Assembly (NCBI GenBank): GCA_965287045.1
Contig: OZ336874.1
Span: 62,992,001 to 63,056,000, forward strand
DNA from: Carcharhinus amblyrhynchos
Taxonomy: Eukaryota
Direction: 5' to 3'
Length of the DNA: 64,000 nucleotides
The notes under the pieces are model-generated. The model saw only the letters and a program-made list of their open reading frames with translations, was not told the DNA's origin and did not search any database. Positions 39,410 to 52,900 of the stretch are shown here, piece by piece. How positions within the stretch are numbered: the first letter of the stretch is position 1; each line of letters begins with the position of its first letter. Made by a program: the position numbers and the translations under genes.

Positions 39410-39965
39410 TGGGGAAATTAGAACCTAAAAGCAGGAGTAGCCCATTCAGCCCTTTGGACACACTCAGCCATTCAATGAGATTATGATTGATCTTCTATAC
39501 CAACACCATTTTCCTACCTACACTGTCCCCATTTTCCTGGATGTTTTTGATATGTAGAAATCTGAGTCTTGAAATCTGATACTCAACAACTGACCCTCCA
39601 CAACTTTCATAGGGTGGTGAATTTTTTGAATTCTCTGCCCCAGAATGCAAATATTCCTCCTCATCTCAGTCCTAAATGGCCTTCTTCTTTATTCTGAGGC
39701 TGTGTCCCTTCTTCAAGGACTCCACCAGGAATCTGTCCCAGAAATCCTCACCAGATAATCTCTCCATCCCAAAGATTAATGTAGTGCACTTTCCCTCGTT
39801 GGCAAAAATATCTATCCTTAGATAAGGAGACCAAAATTGCTCACAATGCTGCAGGTATGATTTCACCAAGGCTTTATATAATTGCAGAGAGACATCTTTA
39901 TCCCTGTATTCAAATCTTGTAATAGGCCAACATGCCATTTGCTTTCTTAATTGCTTGAGATATCT
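39410..39965 (-). mobile_element. CR1 3' fragment
   Basis: RFEYRDKDVSLQLYKALVKSYLQHCEQFWSPYLR plus the reverse-complement CR1 tail. Confidence 0.85.
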
Positions 39966-39989
39966 GCATTTTACAGTCAAAATCATTTG

Positions 39990-40600
39990 AAAGGTTCACT
40001 TTGCCTGCTGCAGACATGTGCTGCTTTAAGATATCAAGGTATTAGTAATTCTGCTTGCAGCATGAGCTCCATTGCAGGTGTGTACCTAGGTGACATGATC
40101 CAGAGCTGCAAACAGTAGCCTGATGACATCCTTCTGTTCGTTGCTTTCAAATAATGATGGCACAAATAAAAGTAAAGTGAAGGCAAGAGCTTTGGGGGGA
40201 GCAGGAATTGCCCTGCATGATTCCATAATAGTAGTTGCATATCATGTAGAGAAAAATCCTTTTTGGATCAAGGACGCAGCACCATGCACAGAAACTTGAA
40301 TGGCAACATGGGTACAGATGATTATCCTGGGGATTCTGGAAAAGCTGGCAGTTCTGTAGACTGCACCCTCTCTCATGTTGCTGCTGTTAGTCCTTGGGTA
40401 AGTGAAGAACTTGTCAGGCCTGCTGAATAATGCATCTGGAAACTCCTTGATATATCGATGGCAGCCTGGAAGCAGCCAGATGCATAAAAATTGAAAGCCA
40501 TGCTGACTTTGATGGCCTCTGGCTGTGCTACATAGATGTTGTACGGAAATCTTCCTGAAAAAGATGGCACAACTTTGGCAGTGCCTGCTTTGTTTATAGC
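39990..40600 (-). pseudogene. Harbinger/PIF transposase relic 3
   Basis: PEAIKVSMAFNFYASGCFQ and ICTHVAIQ...QKGFFSL on the minus strand. Confidence 0.8.
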
Positions 40601-41184
40601 TTCCTCAGGCTCATTTGCACTGACATTAGCTGGTAGTTATGCTTGGCTCAGGAGACCACAGTACAGTGAAAATAAGAAACTTGATACATCAAAATGTGCA
40701 TCCAACATTTTGAACATTTCAATATAGCTTTATTAAAATTCTTCATCCAAGTACACACTGAATACAATTTATATAAAGTGGCCAACAATCTAGTGTCAGT
40801 AGATTCAAAACCTACTCCAAGGACACAAACACATTGGTGAACACCTCAGTGCCCCACATTGTCAGCTGCCATATTGTTACTATGAATGAGATCAGTTAAG
40901 TTCTCTTTGAGTTTTGACCAACTGTTATCTTGCAAACAACTCTTTCAAAAATAGATTACATTTACCTCATTTGCTGCGTGAGATCTTCTACTTAAGAACA
41001 TAAGAAATAGAGCATTCACGGCCATAAAATAAAGATGAAAAGCAATATGGAAATATATTTTACTTTTCCCATTATCATGAAGACTTTTGCCATTTAATCT
41101 ACTGATTCACACTCACATCTTCCCTCGAATTGTTCCTGCTACCCCACCCTACTTGCTCAAATCTGATTATGCTTCTATCTGTCC

Positions 41185-41282
41185 TCTATTCTGATGAAGG
41201 GTCATCATCTACTCTAAGTGTTAATTGTTTGTCTACAGATGCTAACTGACCTGCTGAGTATTCCCAGCATTTTTTGCTTTTC
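41185..41282 (+). mobile_element. Penelope-like terminal fragment
   Basis: CTGATGAAGGGTC...ACAGATGCTAACTGACCTGCTGAGTATTCCCAGCATTTT; relatives at about 45800, 54285 and 59775. Confidence 0.55.
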
Positions 41283-43710
41283 GTTATATACACTGTATAA
41301 ATACACATGTTTTATTACATAAATAATTGAGTTTCTTTTCTTAAGCCTCCTCCTTGTTGCCTTCTCTCACACCAGCGTCACAACATGCAGAAAGTACCCC
41401 TTAATTGATGTTCCAAGTGAGTGAATGCATTAGCAGTCCATTTTCACCTTCTACTAATGTTGTTAGGTCAGGAAACATAGCAAGTGCTGCAGTCAATTCT
41501 TGACATTGTTGTCCCTGTATGGGATGGTGCTCGCAATTTCTGGGTCTTAACCATGGAGGAAGAGTGTGAAAAAAGGATTGATAAAAGGAAGACTAACAAA
41601 TTGCATTTAGTTTGTGTCTTTTCCAAGTCTGCATAAAAAAAACTTCCATCTCTTACCCTGATAAAAACTGAGGAGACCTAAAGTTGTTAATTTGTGACAG
41701 ACTCATTGCTAAGTGGAGAAAAAGGATGTTAATCTTTAAACAGTACCTAATCAAGAAGTTTGAAAGATCAGCAACACTTACTTTTCCGGATAAATTAAAT
41801 TCCCACTTGAGCACTTCTCACTCAGACAGGCCCTAAAGAATTCAGGAATAGATAAGTGTATTCAGTTTGAACTTAAAAATACTGATCCACTTATATTTGC
41901 CTGACTGAGAGGCTGGAGTAATAGAAATTTTTAAAAAATCTTTAAAAGGTAATATACATTTTCCATTTGAATCTGTTAGAAATCAAACTCTTGAAACACT
42001 AAAAGTTAACAGCACCTGAAGAAAGAAAAGCTCTATGTAAAGGTCAAAATTTTGTCAAGGAAAAATGCTGCTTCAAAAGTTTAAAAATTGTTTAAATAAT
42101 CTGCAATATATTTAGAATTATTTCTCTAGTCTGAATGGGCTGCAGAACTTCATTCCTAAATTACATGATTACTCTCAGTAAAAAATATAAAATATTCCTC
42201 ACTGTTTTAAAAATATACTTAAGTAATACATCGCATGAAGCATTGACTTGACAATGAGTGCATTTGGAAATCAACATTTTTGTTGTATGTGGGAAATACG
42301 GTCAGACGTCACCACCAAAAATCTCATAAAATGGCAATAAAATGAATGATCAATGATGCATATTTTGTGCAATATTGGTTGAGGGAACAATGTTAAGTCC
42401 TTCTTAACACTTTCTGCCAAGCAGCCCCTTTGAAATTCAGCAATTGGAAATTGTTCTGCGTGGGGACTTGTACTCACTACTCAAAGGAAAGTTCTACTAA
42501 GTGAGCTGGGCTTATACATAAGGGTATGATTTTGAATTGGAAGAAATTTGAGACATGCTGTTTATTAATTTAGCAGCTATAAATTACTATTGTGTTAGTT
42601 TGGCTTTGTTAGTAGCAATCTGAAGGCACTTTAGAGAAAGGACTGCATATGCCCGATTTTATGATTTGTGTTGCTCCGTGTCAGCTGCGCCTACTCTCAA
42701 AATTATCCCCATGGAGTGTAAATGCAAATTAAATCATTACCTCAATATTTAGACTTGTGCTGAAAATAAAATGCCATCAGCGAGTGGACTTTTGACATAA
42801 TTACTGGATTACAGAACTGGTATAATGCAGTTTTATTTTGCAGTATTTCTCGGTTTATTTATATCTAACATGTGGTGATGAGCAATGTAGTTGTTGCAGC
42901 AAATACTTGGTTCACTGTCAAAACATGCAGCCCCTCATTAGAATTAATAAACTTCACATCTGAAATAAGCCAGAGGAGATTCAGGCAAATAAATTCCACA
43001 GTGTGATTCAAACCAACAGGAAAGCAATGGACGTATTGTAACATTTCTTAATTCTAGAAATTTGTGGAACATTATGCTATGTCTCTTCTTATCAGTGCAA
43101 CAGGAGCAAGCAAGTCTCGAGAACCACTCATGGGGTATATTTGAAATGTAAGCTCTTTTCCTCTTTACCTCTTCATCAGAGTGCATCGCCCCAGTTTTCC
43201 ACAGATGTACATGTACAAAGATTACATTCTAATAGTGCTGGAGGCCCTTCCTGAGACTGCCTAAACAATTAGAGTTCATAGTTTCTGCAATTTGTTGTTA
43301 TAGGCTAAAATTAATTTGAAATGGTGTCGTGGGATGTGGTAATCTGTATGCTACAATTCAATATTGCATATGTTGAAGTCAATCTTATTAAAAAGTAAAT
43401 TTGATTGACTTTAACAGAACCTCAGCTGAGACCATTATCATAGCAGTGGAGCATATTACATGTGGTTGGACATTTCTATTGCCGAAATAGCTGCAATTTC
43501 AGCAGTAACCAACTTTACAAAAAAAGGAAAGTTTTGTTGTTTGAATGAGTATTTATTCCCCCACAAATCCAGTGAATTGTACATTATTAACTGTGTGGGC
43601 AGAATTTCATGAGCAGGTAAACTCTAAGAATAACTATACACAATGATCAATAGTTGCAACACACTGACACCAATGTTATATAAAATCTCAGCTCCAATAA
43701 ATTAGGAATC

Positions 43711-43964
43711 AGAATTGCCAACTCTGAATGCATTGCTGGAGGTCTTGTTACATGACCTCTGACCACCAATCAACCTTTTGTAGTATATCAAATACTTTTA
43801 TAACTAATAAACAAATTTTTTCAAAGAAAAATGGACAGATTAAAGAAAACTAATTATGTTGCGTGCATCTATGATTTCTCTCCTGCATTGCTGGGAACTG
43901 TGTTCAACAGATTAATCGTTAATTCCTGGAGACGCAAGGTCAATCTTGGAGAGTTGGCAACCCT
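43711..43964. mobile_element. small non-autonomous DNA transposon, unclassified
   Basis: Inverted ends AGAATTGCCAACTC / GAGTTGGCAACCCT. Confidence 0.6.
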
Positions 43965-45003
43965 ATTCACTGTGTTACATTTGCTTCATCAAACCAGTTC
44001 ATTCATCCTCAGTTTTCACATCACCAAACACCTACAGGAACTAAGCTGATACATCAGGTTCTCAATTTTGCGGTCCAAGTAAAAATCCAATTCTTCCAGT
44101 CAGAGTTATACTGTGTGCATGTGTGGAGGGGGAGGATTTGGGCTGCTAATATCAATGAGTCAGCAGAATAAAGTTGTACTTCAATTCTACACAATTGCAA
44201 TTTACATGCAGCCACATACTGGTATTCTTCCAACATGAAGGCTCAGACACATAGGGCTTAATTGTCACTGCCTCGGGAACCCTTTAAAAAATTGTGGATG
44301 CACAATTGTGGATTCTGAGATTCCTGACTCCATATCCAAATTGATTTTCAGGAGAGACTTTAAAGGGTGTGAGCTGGTTCCTGCTAAAAGTTTGCATCCA
44401 GCATTCCCAACCTTACTATTTCACAGTGGAAATAAGCATGTTCTATTCCCCAAAAATTTTCATGGAGTCAGCCAGGTTTTTAAACGAGTCATGGTTCATG
44501 GTCCTTCAAGAATTGTGAACATTTGTGTGCTTGAGGGGGCTTAAAAATGTTACAAAGTGCCTCCTTATGACCCCAATGCCAAGCTACGACATTATCACCA
44601 CCACTGACCCATATATACTGCATATAGAACCAATAAACCGTATTGTGGCAGTAGGATTTGTACATTTGCTCATTTCCACTATGATAACAAAATTATTCAA
44701 TTCCAGGATAACTAAAGGGTCTGGATGGTTGGCACTTAAGTATCACTAACAGAAATCACAAAACCTTGAAAATCAGTTGTACAATTGACAGCAGAGATCA
44801 GCAAGCTAGAGTTGTCAATCATGAAATATTTTCTCACAAGTGCAGTTGTTTCAACAAGAGTAATGGATGTCTAGGCTCTCAGCCAAGCTTGTGTATGCTG
44901 TGTATCCATTACTTAAACAAGGTTAACTGGTTTCAAGGGTTTCTGTTATTGATACCTTAAAAGCTGACAGACACTCTTATTCCCTTGAGTTTTTAAAACA
45001 TAG

Positions 45004-45308
45004 AGGCACAGTGATTAGCAGGGACCCAGTGATTGCCAGGGATCCAGTTTCAATTCCAGCCTTGCGTGACTGTCTATGTAAAGTTTGCACCTTCTCCCTA
45101 TGTCAGCATGGTGTTCTTCCAAGTGCTCCAGCTTCCTCCCACAGTCCAAAGATGTGCAGTTTAGATGGATTGGCCGTGGTAAAATTGACCCTTAGTGTCT
45201 AAAAATGTATAAATTAGGTGGACAAATTTATGATGGGAGGGCCTGGGTGGGATGCAAAGATTCATTACAGACTTGAGACTGAATGGCCTCTTTTTTTAGG
45301 GATTCTAT
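45004..45308 (+). mobile_element. HE1-like SINE, CR1-type tail
   Basis: Head GGCACAGTGATTAGCA, core, tail GAATGGCCT...AGGGATTCTAT. Confidence 0.85.
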
Positions 45309-48066
45309 TAGAAATGAATTAAATATTTTTAAGCTTTTATTAAAAAAACACATCCTACTGTCACTACTATGTTCATGGTTTGAGACAGTGCAGAGTGGTT
45401 AATAGGCACAAAAATGCTTTAGCTATGCACAGGTGGCTTGAGAGGCCATGAGGTGGGTGGAGTGCTATTGCTTGGATTAGGGAGGTATTTAGGGCCCTGG
45501 AGGTAGATAGAGGGCATAGCATGGTATTGGGAGCTTGAGGTTGCATGGAGGGTGGTTGAAATGCCATGGAGGCATGAGTAGTTTGTGGGGGCAGAGGGTG
45601 GGGGCAGTATCCTTTTGTGTTTTTATTTTAACTAGGGTGAAACATGGAGGTTGGCCTTTTACACAGCCAGTCCCTGTGGCTGCCTTCAAATTCCTTCCCA
45701 GGTTAGCTGGAAAATAGGTTATTCTATATTATACATAAAATCACGAGTCTGTTTTTCTTTTGGTATATTCATTGTTGTAAACATTATTAAAATGGCCTAG
45801 AAAAGGGTTATATTAGACTTGAAACATTAACTTGGCTTCTCCCTCCATAGAGTTTTTGCAGCAGTCCATGCTGAGTTTTTGCAGCACTCTGTTCTGATTT
45901 TTCTTTAACTGATGCCTTGTTAACCACTAATAAGAGTTGTCACTCACCACCGTTTTACCTGTACGTTGAATGCAGTAAAAGTAACATAGTAAATGTTTTA
46001 CAATTTCTGCTAACTAGGGTAGCAAAGGATCATAAATATATGCTCTGGAGACTATAATGAATATTTATAAAGACAATTAAGTTCCAAGACAATCAATACT
46101 TAAATGAATTGCCTGCGGTCATATTGAAACTCACTGCCGTGCAGACATCATCACTTCAGTAGATAAACGGAGAATATCCCCAGAGCAGACAGAGCTGTGA
46201 AAGATTATCTCACAGACTGACCAGTGAACAAATAATTTACTAAGTCATAACCTTAAAGGAATGTCAATACTTAATGTCAATTTCAGACTACCAAATATTG
46301 ATAGATTTTCCATCCGAAAATAAAATGTTGGCCAGTTGATAAAGTCTGCAACATGACAATTGCCAAAACTGCCCTCAAAGCAGGAAGATTGAAAGAGTAA
46401 AAATGTGCATTTACCTCACAGGCAAATTACTAATCATTGCTGGGATTTCTGATTTCCTCTCTTAAGTGGAGTTTGAAAATTATCTTTCTAATGGTGATGC
46501 AAATCATTCTTTTGTCGACTTGATGTATTTTTTTTTCCATAATCACTGGGTAATGCTGTAAATGAAAATCTTGGCAGATGACCTGGCTCCAGGTTTTCTA
46601 CAAAGGCAACAAAGCTGCTGTAAAAATATAGCGATCCTGTCAGAGCACTCCCCTTGTTCTCTTTTCCTTGTGAGCAAGTGTTGGCCCTGCCTAGTACTAG
46701 CTCCAACAGCAACCCACCCGAGATCGAGAACTCAAGGCATAGTTGATCACCAGTGCAAATTCACATTGCTCCACTCTGTGGCGCTACACATTGAAGCACC
46801 AGTGTGCTGTACCACTGAACTTTGTAACTTTTCAGTTGTAGCGATCCAGAGTTTAGTTGAAGAAATGACTCATTTGTTTGGTATTTGGGCGTTTGTAATG
46901 GATGCTACAAAAATGTAAGTGTAATAGGCTCCAATAGAAAGCTGCTTAAAGCTGCTTGAAAATGCAAGAGGCAGAGAAGATTTCAGGTTGCCAAATATTC
47001 ACTTTTAATTGTTACTATGTCGGCAAATATCATTTTGCAAGTTGCTTTACAAACACATTCAGAATAGACTGCACATTTATTAACCTGGAACAAACATTCC
47101 ATCACAATTATTTAAATTTCATTGACTATTCTGTGAAAACACTGGAAATCTATCTGCCAAAGATGGGTTTTGCATATAGGATAGCTCAGCTGAAAAGTGT
47201 TAGAAGCCTGTAACACAACTGAGAGGCACTTCACATTTGCTGCCTATTAGGTCATTTAACTTTTGTCATAGCGCTTTCATACAGTATATTCATTAAACGC
47301 ATTTTGTCATCTATTTTAAAACAAATTTTCAACTTCCAAAGCTTCTGATCAGAACAAGTGTCAGCCCTTGGTCATTAATGTTCCTTTTCCTGGTTGATTA
47401 AATTCAAAAGTGCATGTTTCAGAGACCAATTGTTTGAGCTATCATATTATGTAATATTTTCTGCCATTTGATGAGAGGTGATAACAATCCTTTGAAGACA
47501 ATGGAAGTTCTCCTATTGCATAACATGAAGAAGCAGCACAGTGATCATGTTATGATACTCGTGTGAGATTTATTTTTAAACAGTTGTATTAATTGTATGT
47601 ATGAGAATGTTAATGTTCCATTTTACGCTGACATACATTGGTTTGTGGAAGCTATCATTTAGTAGAAGCTACATTGTCGGTAAATTAGGTATTAATACAT
47701 AAGATGGAGTGCACATTCAGGATTGACTTGACACATGTATCTTCCAAATCAAGAACTGAGAGCACAACAAAAGATTCTAATAGCAATGCAGTGATAATGA
47801 ACCCGGATTTAAACCATTGCATAATTTGTTAAAGGATTTAAAATGAGAGCCAGATTAATGCAAAGTTTTGTTCCTATAAGAAAAACCTTACGATTTTGAA
47901 ATGAATAAAGTGTAGTTAAACTGCACTAAAAATCTACAATGAAACTTCATGAATCCACCATGTAATTAAAGATGCACATAAAGCAAGCCTACATTAATCT
48001 GGATTTAGCAAGTGCAGATGCCATTTAATTATGGAGAGCGCAAGGGAGTGAGAAATAAAATAACAT

Positions 48067-48190
48067 GGCCTGGATTTTCAGGTCTTGCCCACCATCAGGA
48101 TCTTCCTGTCCCAAAGTCAAATGGACTTTGCCTGACTCGCAACATCCCCCACGGTGGGTCCCATCATGGTGGAGCTGCAAAATCCCAGCC
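48067..48190. mobile_element. Harbinger-type MITE with 3-bp target-site duplication
   Basis: cat-GGCCTGGATTTT...AAAATCCCAGCC-cat. Confidence 0.8.
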
Positions 48191-51100
48191 CATGTTAGGT
48201 TTTACATGGAAATATTTCTGCATTACAACAGTGACAATACAAGTACTTAATTGTTTGTAAGGTGATTGGGATATCCCAAAGTTCCTTCCATAACTATGTA
48301 AATGAAGTCTTTCATTTTTTAAATATACATTCCCAATAAGACTTTAACGCAATGGATTTTATTCAAGAGGTAATTAGCAATCTTTTTAGACATTCCGAAC
48401 AAGTAATTCATAAAAAGGTCACAGGCCTCTCCAGGGTGGGGCAATTCACGAATCACCTATAATATATTTGTTGATCCTAATATAATGGGACATGTTTGAG
48501 GATTTAAGATACAAAAGGTGGATACTGAATACAAAACAAAAGGAATGATTTAGGATGGAGGAGAAGCACAAAAAGTGCTTCTAAAGCAGGGAGGGATTGA
48601 CTACAGTGCAGTGATTTGAAAAGAGAATTCCAGAGAACACTGAATAATTGCTTTCAATTGTGGAGCAGGAGGAGGAATGAGCAATAATCTCCAGATGAGT
48701 TGAGTTTGTGTGTGGGATGGACAACAAGTGTGGACAACACCATGGGAGACAGACTCCAGAACTGAAAAGTGGATAAGTCTGCAAAAAGCTGGGGGTTGGG
48801 CAATGATATCCATTATTTCGCTTCATGAAGCTGATGTTCCATTTAGATGTCAAATCCATTTTCTTCATCCACTATTTTAACATTTATTCCTTCTTAGCAT
48901 CCAAAACTATTGCACTATCATGAAAAGGAAAAATAAATGTAGCCTTATATGAAGTCTCCTTGTTCTCTTAAGCTAATCTAATGATAAAGAAGATTGAAAA
49001 TAATATTCAATTTCTTAAAATTTCTCAGAAAAACCTCATAACAGAGCACATTCAATATTATACCCTTTTCTGTCAGCCACAGCTAACCTGGGTTTAACAA
49101 GCAAACAGTACTGGTCTTGAAGCAATTTGCTCAGTCATTAGAACCCTGGATGTATTAACATGTGAATAGCCCTGACAATGAACCATTTCTGCAACCTTTT
49201 CACACCTGTTTTATGATATCTTGCCTTCACTCTCTCACTGCGTTATCTCCTGATAGCACATTTTTGGTCTAGATGTCCTTTCATTACAATTGAGTTTGTC
49301 TTATTTAACAAGCCTGCTTGAATGTAGTGTTGTTAATACCATTCATTAAACTGGCAAAATGGTCTAATAATGAAAGGACTCCACTTTGTTAATGACTACT
49401 GTCTCACAGCAATTATCAAATGTTACTCCTGCATTATCTCCCACTACTCCATGAGTGTAGGAAAAAAATGACAGTAGATTACCTATAATACCTCCTATTG
49501 AACTCTCTAGTGCAAGTCTATTAGTGAACTCATAACCTTTTTTCTGCCGCCTTATCATTGGGGTTATTGGCTTCTCAATTTCCCCCCCCTGTCAGGTCAT
49601 TCTCTTCCGACTTTCCATTAGAAATGTGAATACTCTTTCCCTCATTTTCTATTGACTGGGAATATGGCTCCTTTTCTTTTCATTACTGAAACTGTCCTCT
49701 GTTATTGGGTTCAGAACCTTCTTTCAGCAGATTATAATTGGGATCTGATTTTTCTCTTTTATTGTGGAGGACAGTGGCCTTTACTTCACTTTCACTTCTT
49801 ATTGTAGGCTTATCACAGCTTCTAAAATTAGTTCGATCATTGCCTACTTCACCCACTTTGAGATTTAAAAAAACACTTTCACATAGTGATGTTACCACCT
49901 TTCGCAATTGCACCCAGCACCATTATAATCCAGTCTTTGACACCCATGCATGTTATAATGGGGGCACGTTATGTCATAGGACTGTCACTCAAAATGAAAT
50001 ACGAAAAATTGTTGAGCTCTAACCCTCCCGCCTTTTAACTGTTAATGCTAAAAAACAGGAGCCAAAAGCCATGTAAGGAAGGTGGGATGCAATTGAAGCG
50101 ATTATTATTTCACATTTTGCTGTCATTTTGATCCCGCTAGTCATATCGCCCCCACCTCCGTCCCCCACACCCCCCGCAACCCCGAAATACTCATTATGCG
50201 CTTGTTCATTTCATTTCTTTACTGCCTCTGGTGCAAGTTTGATATATAACACATCTGGCTTCCACTCCACATTTTCTGCTAATTATCCGAGCTTTTCAGT
50301 TAAAAAAAACTACTGGCAAATGCTGTTAAAAGGAGGTTTGCTTGCTCCCTAGCTTTTGCGGGAGGGTGGGGGTGGTGGTGGAAATAATCTGTTCTGATCA
50401 AATGGCACAATCAGTGCATAAACATCTAATTGCCACAGCATGGGGAACAGCACAATGCCACATACAAATTGTTGGCCAAATTCACGTTGTAGTCACAGCT
50501 ACCACCTTAACGTTGATCATCTTTTTTTTGCGCGCCTTGTTGCACTCTTCTATTGTATTTTACGTAAAAGCAAGGCAAATTTAATTTGCAAGGCTGAGTT
50601 TTTTTAAAATTTCATTTACAATACACTAAAATGGAAGAACGCTTCTTATAATCCAAATGAAATATTTAGCTAAAGGCGTTGATTGGGTGTGTTTGCTGCT
50701 TGCCGAATTTGCTGTTAAAGCGTTGAAAATAAAAAAAAGTTAACTTAATAATCAGCAATATTCCCCCATTGTAAAAAAAACTTTTAAAACATCACCATTA
50801 GTACTTCAAGTACCATTCAAAGTTATGTATTTTCTTGACTGTGTCGTCGATTGTAAATATAGAAAAGGAGAACAGGATTAATTCTAATCGCCAGCGTCTA
50901 ATGTGCTGGTAATAGGAAAGCCAAACACTACGCAAACTCAAAAAATAACAGATAAGCGAACATCTGAAACATTCACACACACGCAAGAACTTCCATTCTT
51001 TACAACAGACATATTTGTAGGAGTGATGCATCTCCATTTGTGTGTTTTAGTAAAACAGTAAATCAACAACTTGAAATAGAATGAGCTTCATACTGAAAGA

Positions 51101-52573
51101 GAGGGAAGCGCAGTAGATAAGGCTGCGAGACAGACAGCTTTATCTCGCCAGGCACAAGTTGCTACTTTTAATTATTTAAAAAGAAAGCGACTGCAAATGA
51201 CAAAAAAGTCTTCTTGCAATGTAACTCCCATCTAAAAGCAGTTGGCGTGCACTAAACCACATCTACATGTCCCATTATCCATTCCGCGCCTCCTAACAAC
51301 ACATATGTACTCCGATGCAATTGGCAATACTGTAGTTAACATTGGAGATACTTGTACCTCTCGCAAAGCAAGGACACAACCCCGCAGGACAAAAAATGCA
51401 AAACGATTTAGTGCTGTTGGCTTCTCTGTCTGTAACCACGTTACCCTTGTTCAAGTAAAACAGTTTGCTGATATTATGTTAAGTACTGCTAATATACTGT
51501 TGACGATAAAACCCTGATCCCATCCACATGACAGGACTGCACACGACTAGAGCCGGGAAGGGGGGTGGGAGGTAAGTCGAGTGCGTTTGCGTGTATGTAT
51601 ATATAATGTGTGGAGAGGTTGGATTGCTATTTTTTTGTTTGTTTGGCGGGGGGTGGGGGGCAGCGGCTTATAGCAGCATCTTGACGGATAGAAGTAGGTC
51701 AGTGGAACACATGACACCGACTGATTGAGTCCACAACCCCAGCCAGCACCTTTAACACAGTACTGAGGGCCCTACAGCATCTTCTACATTGGACCATCCA
51801 CTGAAACAAGGTGCTAGAATTCAGTGTGGAGGGCAGAATCCTGGGGATTTAGAGAAAAGTTCGCGGTCTGTGTTACCAAAAAAAAAGAAATAAAGGCTCA
51901 CCGATACACGCCAACAAAACTAAACATCCATCGCTATATGTTGACCAACTGCTGTTCTGATGCAGTTCAATACTATACCAACCAGTTGTGTTTACAATTG
52001 GACCCAAACTGCCAAATGTGTCGGCTGACGTTTTTTTCATCATAAAAGTGATTTTTGACTCATCTGGCAGTAATTGAAACAATTCTTAACGCTGAGATTG
52101 TCTAAAGTTCATTGCTCAGAGAGAGATACACACAGAATACAGCCAATGCTGCTCTTACGGGCTGAAGAGTGAAAGGGACTGTAAAGACGTCTGGAAGCCC
52201 TTGCACTAGATTTCCTTCAAAAGTAACCGACTGTAGAAAACAAAAAAAAACCTGATGTGACAGCTCCCCGTCATTGGACTCGCCAGCTCTCACATACAAT
52301 TGAGCGGCACCATCAGCAAGCATCAAAGTTTATGTTTACAGAAAAAGCACACATTATCCGGAGCCGCTCAGACCAAGCTGCCGAAAATCCAGGAAATAAA
52401 AGTTTGCAGTAACTGTCCATGCAAGAGACATTTTGTTTACAAATGTAGAATCGCTTGCCCCCCCCCTTCCCTAAAGTCGGTGTATATTGCGTGCACGTCC
52501 CCCCCCCTCCCCGCCCCCATCTCTCAGCTGTCACAAACATTTGGCCAGCAACCGCTTCCAGGCGATCTCTTAC

Positions 52574-52812
52574 CTCGCATAGTGGCGACTTCAAATGCAA
52601 AACGATCATGAATATATATCAAAACCCAATCCTCCGCGAGAAATGAAGCGACGGCTAGAAGGCGACAAGCAGATTGTCAGTAGGTTGCTCTCCCACCATT
52701 GCTGATCCTTCCCTTCAGTCTGTTATTACTGTTCCGTTAGCGCTCCGAGTCTGAATGGAGCATGTGGCCTTTCACATGACATCTGCGCCGCTCATCCGTA
52801 TGTGAATTTCAC
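52574..52812 (-). other. candidate first exon of an unidentified gene
   Basis: CpG-rich; lies just downstream of the promoter motifs; ends GCCACTATGCGAG/GTAAGA, a strong donor preceded by a Kozak-like ATG at 52580. Confidence 0.5.
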
Positions 52813-52900
52813 TGGCACCCGGAGAGTGAGGCTTCTTATAGCAGCCAGGACTGTTCTGTCACTTCCAGCTCCTCCTACTGACCATCGCCCGCCAATCATT
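52813..52900 (-). promoter_or_regulatory. candidate Pol II core promoter
   Basis: CCAAT 52892-52896, GC-box-like CGCCCGCC, ETS-like GGAAGT at about 52861-52866 and TATAAG at 52835-52840, in promoter-like order and spacing within TE-free DNA. Confidence 0.55.
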
